NCBI GenBank assembly: GCA_963775685.1
Contig: CAVZJV010000014.1
Coordinates: 2,208,001 to 2,272,000, forward strand
DNA: 64,000 bases
Direction: 5' to 3'
DNA from: Candidatus Bathyarchaeota archaeon
Lineage (GTDB): Archaea; Thermoproteota; Bathyarchaeia; Bathyarchaeales; Bathycorpusculaceae
Shown here: in pieces, positions 56,361 to 64,000 of the stretch
Layout: the number at the start of each line of letters is the position of its first letter
Position numbering within the stretch: the first letter of the stretch is position 1
Program-made: the position numbers and the translations under genes
The notes under the pieces: model-generated
Seen by the model: only the letters and a program-made list of their open reading frames with translations
The model's database searches: none
Told to the model about the DNA's origin: nothing

Positions 56361-57119
56361 TTAGGAAGCTGTACGCGTTATTTCTTGGTAAATCAGTATG
56401 ACGACCCATAGCATTGACAGTGTAGCTATAAAGAAGATTGGGTAGAGAATGAGGTCTGAGATTTCAAGCGATGTCAGTCGTGCCAAATCGTAGAAAATAT
56501 AGATGATGAAAGTTAGGAATATGCCGAAACCAAGAGTTCTTTTCTTGCGAACCGCTATTAACAGCCCAACCGCAGCGATTGCGCCCTCTATGATTATTGC
56601 AATGTATTGCAGCGGTGATACAACATCCCCGAATGTTTGAACGTAGAGTCCTGACCCGACGAGCAAAACCTCTTCACCGCTTTGGACACCTTTGATGAAG
56701 GTTTGTTTGGTTGATGGCTCTGTTTCTCCAGGTTTAGGCCATTGGTAGTTTATCCAGCCTTCTCCTTTTCCACTCAAGGCGATATCTATAAACAGTTTCC
56801 CAATCGGTTTTCCTGTCACATCTACCAGTGTGCTCATGTTTTGGCCTTCTCCGGTCCTGTCGGGAGGATAAACAAGGCGGAGACCATCCATCTTCCAGAC
56901 AAAGATGTACGTGTCGTCTTGGAACCATTTGGTTCCGTTCTGTCTGAACTCAGAAAATGCAGCTTCACCTTTAACTGTGATAAGATTGGCGGCGTCTAAA
57001 ACAAGCGATTTGATTGCTTCTTTTCTGTTAGTCTGCTCAGTTTGATTAATGAGGCCTATTATTAAAAATACAGACAGAATCACAAGCAAGGCTGCAAATA
57101 CTACATGTTTCTTTTCCAT
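56361..57119 (-). CDS. Cache-domain membrane protein lacking a cytoplasmic signalling domain
   Basis: N-terminal TM; YIFVW..DG...P...G.N...D..GK, GEGWINYQWPKPG...K..F, VGSG.Y; about three C-terminal TMs. Confidence 0.85.
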   Translation of the reverse strand: MEKKHVVFAALLVILSVFLIIGLINQTEQTNRKEAIKSLVLDAANLITVKGEAAFSEFRQNGTKWFQDDTYIFVWKMDGLRLVYPPDRTGEGQNMSTLVDVTGKPIGKLFIDIALSGKGEGWINYQWPKPGETEPSTKQTFIKGVQSGEEVLLVGSGLYVQTFGDVVSPLQYIAIIIEGAIAAVGLLIAVRKKRTLGFGIFLTFIIYIFYDLARLTSLEISDLILYPIFFIATLSMLWVVILIYQEITRTAS

Positions 57120-57250
57120 TTTATATCGCTTACCTTTTTTGATTTGACAATTTAGTCAATCTCGCTTAATATTATCAACTTAATAGGTTTTTTCTGTATT
57201 TCATGTGTTAAAGGCGGGCGCGTTTATCCGTGGCAGGCGGGGATATCTAT

Positions 57251-57371
57251 GAGACCTCGTTTGAACCTTCGGGTTAGCGCCTTTGATACGGCTAATAGAC
57301 TCGACCTCGCTTAGGTTCAGCGACCCACCACAAAAAATACCGAAACAAATGAGCCGCTTCAACGGGGTCTA
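57251..57371. ncRNA. Candidate structured RNA element
   Basis: AGACCTCG-TTGAA/TTCAA-CGGGGTCT closing stem, CTTCGG tetraloop, TTAGC/GCTAA, TGAACCT/AGGTTCA. Confidence 0.35.
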
Positions 57372-57381
57372 CCCTTTGTGT

Positions 57382-58281
57382 CTATCGGCAAAGTATCACA
57401 ATCAAGTATCCAAGAATAAGCAGATTGATTGTGAAAAGAGAAACAACGTTAATAGCACTGAACATCTGGGCGTTTTTTCCTTTACGTACTTGCAGTAAAC
57501 CTATGAGCCCTGCAACTAAGGGTATGCTTGAAAACGTTGTGATTACAAAAAGATTCACCTGTAAAATAGCTGGCTGCAAAGCAAAGTAAAGAAGCACCAA
57601 GAAAGCAATAAAGGCCGAGGAGAACGTTAAAGTAAAGACTGCCCCTACCCCTTTAGTTACACCCAAGGTTTTCTTATCGCCTAAACGATCGTCTTCTACA
57701 TCGGATGCTTCAAGACTCAGTGCAAGCATAAAACCGTAAAGTATGAAGGATACCACAAATAATCCGTACCAGTTATCTATGGCGCCTTTATTTGACAAAT
57801 AACCCGCGGCAGGAATCGCAAAGCCAAAAGCTAACGCTATTGCGAATTCCCCAAATCCCCTTGAAACCAGACGTAATGGTGGCGAAGAGTAGAACCCAAA
57901 AAATTGGCTCCAATCATTATCAACACCAACACCAAAGGGGCAATATTGAAAATAACCGCAAAAGACGAAATCAGAAGCGATATCACAAGAAGAACAACCG
58001 CTATTTTTAGCCAATGGCAGCATTTCTGGGTTGTCTGTCAGAACATTGTTGCTTGAAAACAACAGTTTCTTGTGTCTTGCTTTGTCTTGTTTAACATCGA
58101 AATAATCATTACTAAAATGGGTTGAAAGATCTCCAAAGAATACTGTTGCGTAGCAGACAACAAAATAGAGGGGGTTAAAAATTCCACCATTTGCTAATCC
58201 TAACAAAGCTCCTACTGCAAAAGCCAATAGACCTCCGACAACAATGTGGAGTCTTATGATCTTTAGGTACTGCTCGACCAC
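57382..58281 (-). CDS. UbiA/MenA-family prenyltransferase (apparent short compensated frameshift mid-gene)
   Basis: NDYFD...D, YSSPPLRL..RGFGE, DVEDD..GDKKTL. Confidence 0.85.
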   Translation of the reverse strand: MVEQYLKIIRLHIVVGGLLAFAVGALLGLANGGIFNPLYFVVCYATVFFGDLSTHFSNDYFDVKQDKARHKKLLFSSNNVLTDNPEMLPLAKNSGCSSCDIASDFVFCGYFQYCPFGVGVDNDWSQFFGFYSSPPLRLVSRGFGEFAIALAFGFAIPAAGYLSNKGAIDNWYGLFVVSFILYGFMLALSLEASDVEDDRLGDKKTLGVTKGVGAVFTLTFSSAFIAFLVLLYFALQPAILQVNLFVITTFSSIPLVAGLIGLLQVRKGKNAQMFSAINVVSLFTINLLILGYLIVILCR

Positions 58282-58360
58282 GACTAAACCTTCAGAGAGG
58301 TATTCTACTGTTTCTATGATAAAACAACTTATATGTAAATTAGTTTAATAAAAAAGTTAA

Positions 58361-59272
58361 GTGAAAAGAACATTGATGAAAGTTAAAAAGTATATGGATC
58401 TGCTGCGTCTGCACTTCTTTTTTGTTTGGCCAACGCTATTCTGTGCGGGATTGTTTTTAAGTTTCATTTTCTATGGCAGCTTTTCCTTAATTACAGTTTT
58501 GAAAGCCGTTTTAATTGGGTTTCTGGGTTTTGAAGCTGGACTTGTACTCAATGATATAGTAGATGCAAACATCGATAAAAGAGAGTTACCATCTGATGAC
58601 AAATTAACCAAGTATTGGCGGCCATTCGGAAACCGACCTATCTCCCAAGCCTTGATTTCACGTAATCATGCTGTCGTAATTTTTGTTGTTTTTGTTGCGT
58701 TGACGTCGGCAGTTATTCTCTCTCTTCCTTATCCTCATTCGTTGTGTGTCTTTGTTATTATGATTACGTGCTATTGCTTGGAGGCGTTCTATCAGCTTAA
58801 AAAGCGACACGAAAGTTTTCCAGTTGCACAAGTAATTGGAAGAATGGATTTTGCCCTGTTTCTTGTTGCAGGATACCTCATTATCGGTCAACCGGATTTG
58901 AATGCGCTTTTTCTTTTTCTCTTCTTCTATCCTCTCGCACTTGCGCATTTGGGTGTAAATGATTTGATAGATGTATCAAACGATGTTGCTAAAGAAATGA
59001 AAACAATAGCGACACTTTACGGGTTAAATTTTACCGCTTTTTGGGTACTTTCGCTCAGCATATGGCATTTTGTAATGGCTATTGTGTTTTTAACTATGCT
59101 TGGGACGATTTTGTCTATTGCAGGGTTTGCAGTAAGCTTGACTATTTTAGCTGTTGGAAATTTCAGGATAATGAGAAAAAAGAACTCTGAGTCGGCTCTC
59201 AGTGCTTTGCCGCTCTTTCATATAGCTATGCTATTTTATGCAATAACAATAATTCTAGACTTCTTCATTTAG
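58361..59272 (+). CDS. UbiA-family prenyltransferase
   Basis: LNDIVDANID...NRPI, NDLIDVSND..KTIA..YG. Confidence 0.85.
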   Translation: MKRTLMKVKKYMDLLRLHFFFVWPTLFCAGLFLSFIFYGSFSLITVLKAVLIGFLGFEAGLVLNDIVDANIDKRELPSDDKLTKYWRPFGNRPISQALISRNHAVVIFVVFVALTSAVILSLPYPHSLCVFVIMITCYCLEAFYQLKKRHESFPVAQVIGRMDFALFLVAGYLIIGQPDLNALFLFLFFYPLALAHLGVNDLIDVSNDVAKEMKTIATLYGLNFTAFWVLSLSIWHFVMAIVFLTMLGTILSIAGFAVSLTILAVGNFRIMRKKNSESALSALPLFHIAMLFYAITIILDFFI

Positions 59273-59411
59273 TACTATCTTGTGCTTTTTGTTTAGGTTT
59301 AAAATGGGGACAAGCTGATTCTTCAGGGTTTAGATTAGTGAAATGAAAGAACTTGCAGGTTCCATAATCACAGTTGCTGCAGTCTCCATGTTTATGCTTG
59401 TAGAAATCCAT
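59265..59411 (-). CDS. 48-aa Cys-rich micro-protein
   Basis: MDFYKHKHGDCSNCDYGTCKFF...SACPHFKPK. Confidence 0.5.
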   Translation of the reverse strand: MDFYKHKHGDCSNCDYGTCKFFHFTNLNPEESACPHFKPKQKAQDSTK

Positions 59412-59609
59412 TCGTGGGATTCCACTTCGAAGTTGCCGAAGAGCATTTCCTAGCACACTGATCAGCCTTGGAGTAACTATGCCCCTTAAGTAACAATTTA
59501 ATTTTTCTGAGTTATTAAACAAAAATCAGGGTCTACACGAATCAAACTCAAAGGAAAATTTTGCCTGTGATTTCTTCATTGTGGGGGATTGTCTTGCCGA
59601 TTTCTGTTG

Positions 59610-60379
59610 TCAGTAGCTTGACTTTTCGATCTCAAAACTAGCAACATATTCCAGATTCTTGGGTGGCTTCTTATCTTTTGAACTGTCGAAGACGAATTTA
59701 GTTTTCCAACTATTGTATTCTGCAGCAACATGTAAATGGCAAAGGGCAATACCCATGTTGATCGGATAGTGGCTCCCGCCTACAATTGTTCTAAGGAAGT
59801 TAGACTTGTGGAGGAATAGGCTTGAATTGCATTCATGTTGCCGGTAAAATACCAGTTTTGTAAGTTTACAGCTGATGGAGCAAGACGCGCTGGCTCTAAA
59901 ATTTCATCGGTGCCCTGTGTGTTTGTTATTTCCGTAATAGATTTTCTTTTGAACTCTGAAGTACTGTTCCTGTATACTGGTTCCTTTGAATTTCCAAACG
60001 ACATCAAAATAATGAATTTGAGATTTGAAGCGTTTGTTAAGTCTTTGGTTGGTTGAGGAATACCCAACCAGCAACTGCCTAAACCGGAAGCTGAAAAATA
60101 AAGGTCCATTTGCTGAAGCATAAAACCAATGTTGACTTTGTAGGCGTCCTTGGCTTCGGAGAATGCTGCGATAAAGTGGGGCGCTTTATTCCCAAGTTTT
60201 CTGGTTACCTGGTTGGGCGAAATAATTTTGAACTCAGTCTTTATCCCTGATAACAAAGGCTGTAATGACTGCAAATTTGTTGAAATCTCTTCGAGAAGAT
60301 TTGAGTCAATCGGCGCGGAGTCATAATCCCTGATTGGTTTTCTTTTAAAAATTGCTTCGTAAAGACCATTCTTATCCAT
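59610..60379 (-). CDS. Nitroreductase family protein (tandem-domain type), frameshift near 59800
   Basis: LYEAIFKRK.IR.Y, GLGSCWLG, ARLAPSAVNLQNW; continues INMGIALCHL in another frame. Confidence 0.82.
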
Positions 60380-60688
60380 TTTCTTGCAGATCCAACGAAA
60401 TTCTTATTATTACTTCTGACCTCAGACCTTAAAACTTACTGTGTGAGATATAGACGCATAAATCCGATTAAGAGACGAAATCGAAAATTTGGTAACCGAG
60501 TATTACACCACCCGCAGACATTGGCAACAACAAGCTGTTCTATGTTGGCTGGTGTTGAATTGTTCGTTTGCACCCTAATAACTGCTGTAGAATCTGAAGG
60601 TTCAAACGCTCATTGGAATAATAATGACAATAGTGGTTGAAGTCAAAGAATAGCATTCTTTTGGGTTTGAATTGATAAAATTGGCTTC

Positions 60689-60713
60689 TGGCGGGCGAGG
60701 AGGGATTTGATCC
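60689..60713 (-). other. tRNA 3'-end fragment (possible att scar)
   Basis: Reverse complement GGATCAAATCCCTCCTCGCCCGCCA; no 5' half. Confidence 0.45.
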
Positions 60714-60886
60714 TGCGCCCTAAAAGGGATATCACCCGCAAATCCTCTTTTTTTCCAACATTTTGATTACTGTTTAGTTTCACAATCGACGTATTCGAAA
60801 AGCTATATCTAAAACAACTCAGAACTTTTGAACAAACGACAAGTTCAGGTTAAAATAATATTTAAATAGATTTTAACAGGCAAGTT

Positions 60887-62821
60887 ATGATAAAGGCGCT
60901 AACTATGGAATTTGAATTAATTCTAGTTGCATTGGCTTCATCGTTAATAGTAGTAGACATAACCTTGCCATTAATGTCCAAGGCAATTTTCAAGCGGCTG
61001 AGCAAATACACAGTTGCTCTAAGTTCACTTGCTTTTGTCCTTATACTATGGTCTTACATTCAGCTACTCTTCGCTTTCGTTAGCAACGATTTTTCTTACT
61101 CGAGCGTCTACTTTTTTTGTTCCTCAAGCCTGCCGTTACTATCGAAAATTTATGCGAGTTGGGCCGGGGCAGGAGGCTCAATGCTACTACTATCCATAAT
61201 CCTTAGCCTTATCTACTTTGGTTCAAAATTAGCAGCCTATAAAAAGCCTGAAAGGTTCCAAATCGTTTCCAGCCAGATCTTAGGCTTTGTTGTTCTGATA
61301 TTTCTTAGTGTTACTCTGTTAAGAAATCCATTTGAACGTTTGCCTGCCGCTATGGTGGAAGGTTTAGGGCTCAATCCCCAACTTCAAAGCTTCTGGATGG
61401 CAATCCACCCGCCGATTGTTTTTTCGGCTTACGCTTTTGTTGTCTTAACGTTTGCCTTGACTCTTGCCAGCTTACGCACTAACCAAGAGTTAGAAAAAAA
61501 CATTGTTTTCAAAATCTCCATTTATGCATCGTGGATTCTGCTAACCATCGGAATAACTTTAGGAGGCGTTTGGGCGTACGCGGTTTTAGGCTGGGGCGGA
61601 TACTGGGCATGGGACCCAGTGGAAACCGCTTCCCTCTTGCCTTGGCTTATACTTACCGCTTACTTCCTAACCCGAAGCCTATCAAAGCTCAAAAAAAGCT
61701 TAACCCAAGAATCAATGATTATGATGACTTTTGCCAGTCTCGTTTTCCTCAGCGCCTTAACCCGCGGCGGTTTAACACCATCAGTCCACTCCTACGCTAC
61801 CTCAGCAATTGGTCCAATCATGCTTTCTTTCGCCGTCGCCATGATGGGGTTTTTCTTTTTCTTTGCTAAGGGCAAAAAGAAGCCTTTCTTTAAACTCGAA
61901 GTTGATCGCGCCTCGCTGATTTCTCGGTCGACATTTGTTGCCTTTTGGGCGTTAATCCTCATTTCAATCGTTTGCCTCGCGGGGTTGGCTTTCAAAGATT
62001 TCCCTTACAGCCTCTTCACCTACCCCTTTGTGTTGTTGTTCATCATTTCGCTTGTTGGATTTAGTTTAGATGATAAAATCCATTATGCCCGCCAGCTTTT
62101 AATCGTAGTTTTTTCTTTAGTCGCGGGTGGTGTGCTCACAGCGGTCGGGGTTTTTCCGGTGAATGTTCTGCTCACTCTGACTGTCCCCATGTTTGCCGTA
62201 GTGTTTGTTTTGCTGCTTTACCAGCTTATCAAGTCTGCAAGAAGGAAAACGTTGCTTTGGCAGCGCCTCTTTGGCTTAGCTGTTGTTGTAATGTTGCTGG
62301 GCGTGTTTATCAGTGCAGGCGCAAAAACCTCCACAACCCTAAACGACCTAAAACCCAATGTTCCCACAGAAGCTCTGGATACAACAGTTGAAGTAAGTAA
62401 CCTTAACATCGTCAACGCAACCTCCGAAGTTTACAACACCCAAGCCGGAAACGTTCTGCCGCAGTACTCTGCTGTCACTGCAGATATAACCATCCGCCAA
62501 GCAGATGCAACATATAGCGGCGAAGTTTCAGCGAGTTTCTACCCCAACTACGGCTTAGCCCTGACACCGCTAATAGTCAACACCCCCTCAGGCGACATTT
62601 ATGTGCACATGGAAATCGATGAAGAACTCTATAGCATATTGTCTGCTCAGCTTACTGGCAACAGCACCACCCCCGCCGCCGTAACATTAACTGTTCAGCA
62701 TGTCCCTATGGTTTACCTCGTTTGGGCGGGCGTCACGTTGATGGTTGTTTCAATGGCTGCGGAATGCTTCATTGACCTGCATCGAACAAGGCAGCAACAA
62801 AAATTGGTCATCCGAAGCTGA
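60887..62821 (+). CDS. ccmF: Cytochrome c biogenesis heme lyase CcmF
   Basis: GLGLNPQLQ, IHPP, GGVWAY.VLGWGGYWAWDPVETASLLPW, SVHSYA. Confidence 0.92.
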   Translation: MIKALTMEFELILVALASSLIVVDITLPLMSKAIFKRLSKYTVALSSLAFVLILWSYIQLLFAFVSNDFSYSSVYFFCSSSLPLLSKIYASWAGAGGSMLLLSIILSLIYFGSKLAAYKKPERFQIVSSQILGFVVLIFLSVTLLRNPFERLPAAMVEGLGLNPQLQSFWMAIHPPIVFSAYAFVVLTFALTLASLRTNQELEKNIVFKISIYASWILLTIGITLGGVWAYAVLGWGGYWAWDPVETASLLPWLILTAYFLTRSLSKLKKSLTQESMIMMTFASLVFLSALTRGGLTPSVHSYATSAIGPIMLSFAVAMMGFFFFFAKGKKKPFFKLEVDRASLISRSTFVAFWALILISIVCLAGLAFKDFPYSLFTYPFVLLFIISLVGFSLDDKIHYARQLLIVVFSLVAGGVLTAVGVFPVNVLLTLTVPMFAVVFVLLLYQLIKSARRKTLLWQRLFGLAVVVMLLGVFISAGAKTSTTLNDLKPNVPTEALDTTVEVSNLNIVNATSEVYNTQAGNVLPQYSAVTADITIRQADATYSGEVSASFYPNYGLALTPLIVNTPSGDIYVHMEIDEELYSILSAQLTGNSTTPAAVTLTVQHVPMVYLVWAGVTLMVVSMAAECFIDLHRTRQQQKLVIRS

Positions 62822-63248
62822 TGTGCAGGATATAGTATAAAGTGCCTAACCCTAAAGAGAGAAGCCAAAGCGCAAGGATTTTCCACATAAGCTTCTTTCG
62901 GGGGGCGCAGAACTTGGTGCTGCTAGACTCGTTTATGGCCCAAACCCAAAGAAGCCAAACGCCCAAAACCACCGCAAATGCTCCAATGATGCCGTGGATG
63001 ACACCTGATAAAGCTACAAAGTAAAAGTCAGCTAAAGTTTCAGCGGCCGCGGATACAAACGAGGGTCCCATATGCGAAATTAAGAGTAAAACGGTGATTA
63101 ACATGACTACCATCATGGCGTTTCCATGCCAAACCCATTTGCGCTTCTTTTCCAGGTATAGACTTAAACCGATTATGCCCAGCGCAGCCACAAATATGAC
63201 GATGTTTGCCTGTGCCATCCATTCATGAACTACCTCGAAGGTAACCAT
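62808..63248 (-). CDS. DUF420-like His-containing four-TM membrane protein
   Basis: KWVWHG..M, IHGIIG, LWLLSL.LG..YY. Confidence 0.65.
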   Translation of the reverse strand: MVTFEVVHEWMAQANIVIFVAALGIIGLSLYLEKKRKWVWHGNAMMVVMLITVLLLISHMGPSFVSAAAETLADFYFVALSGVIHGIIGAFAVVLGVWLLWVWAINESSSTKFCAPRKKLMWKILALWLLSLGLGTLYYILHISFG

Positions 63249-63385
63249 ATACTCTCTCCAAAGTTTAGTTATAGTCTTTATGTTAAAAAATTTTCATAAA
63301 TTTAAAATAACCTGGATTATATAAAATTAGAAACCTTAATAAAGACTGGGTTTGAGACCTTAAGTGGCAGTAAGGGGTTTGTTTT

Positions 63386-64000
63386 ATGGCGGCAGAGCAA
63401 GAAGCTGTTAAAGCGGATGCTGAAGATTCTACTCCAGTTGATTTAAAATCAGCTGATTCAGTGGCAAAATACTGGTGGTATGGGGCGCTGTTGTGGTTCC
63501 CGATTTTCACCACCTTCGGAATGATTATGGCTATAAAATTTTTCTACCCAACTTTCCTGATTGACTCCGCCTGGGACACATTTGGACGTATAAGACCCGC
63601 CCACGTCAACGGATTACTATTCGGCTTTTTATCTTCGGGCTTAATCGGCTCAATGTATTATATAACCCCTCGGCTCAGCCACAAATCACTCTTCCAACCC
63701 CTAATCGCTAAAGCTTCCGCAGTTTTATGGAACGTAGCCGTTTTAGCAGGTGTACTTCTCATTCTAAGCGGCGACACCCAAGCACGTGAATACGCTGAAA
63801 TGCCTTGGGTCGTAGATATTGCAATTGTAATAACTTTGATTTTAATTGGGATAACAATTATAGGTACAATAATCAAACGCAGAGAACGAAAACTCTACGT
63901 AAGCCTCTGGTTCTTCGCTGCCATTTTCCTCTGGTTCCCCATAGTTTATTCCATAGGAAACGTAATTTGGAACCCGCCTTCGGGAGCACTTTACGGTTTA
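63386..64000 (+). CDS. ccoN: cbb3-type (family C) heme-copper oxidase subunit I-like, 3'-truncated by window edge
   Basis: Manual translation: TFGRIRPAHVNGLLFGF, YYITPRL, TQAREYAEMPW..D, RRERKLYVSLWF; open to window end and absent from the ORF track. Confidence 0.85.
   Translation, partial: MAAEQEAVKADAEDSTPVDLKSADSVAKYWWYGALLWFPIFTTFGMIMAIKFFYPTFLIDSAWDTFGRIRPAHVNGLLFGFLSSGLIGSMYYITPRLSHKSLFQPLIAKASAVLWNVAVLAGVLLILSGDTQAREYAEMPWVVDIAIVITLILIGITIIGTIIKRRERKLYVSLWFFAAIFLWFPIVYSIGNVIWNPPSGALYGL

Overview
Archaeal chromosomal window, most consistent with Bathyarchaeia (TACK). The basis is rpl14e, Cbf5, topoisomerase VI, aIF5B, ABCE1, aCPSF1, proteasome beta, SepF, egsA, LysW and DUF5658-type genes, plus a BHB-flanked 23S rRNA; the lineage call is inferred from gene content. 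Blocks of core information-processing genes alternate with decayed accessory regions. RNA genes are an intron-containing tRNA-Ser(GGA), an atypical tRNA-Thr(TGT) and a stand-alone 23S rRNA with no adjacent 16S or 5S. Many genes, including essential egsA, carry single-base indels, so many frameshifts are probably sequencing or assembly errors. The top candidate novelty is a ~70-nt pseudoknot-capable leader that can sequester the Shine-Dalgarno site of a queT-queC operon, i.e. a candidate archaeal preQ0/preQ1-sensing riboswitch that does not match the known class consensuses as I recall them. Other highlights: a cbb3-type (CcoN-like) heme-copper oxidase gene next to ccmF, DUF420 and two UbiA prenyltransferases; a ~145-nt rod-shaped ncRNA candidate upstream of a DUF559 nuclease; a 22-aa acidic/Trp micro-ORF between aIF5B and ABCE1; and a tRNA with co-varying D-loop/T-loop changes. 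All product calls come from recognised motifs; no database searches were run.
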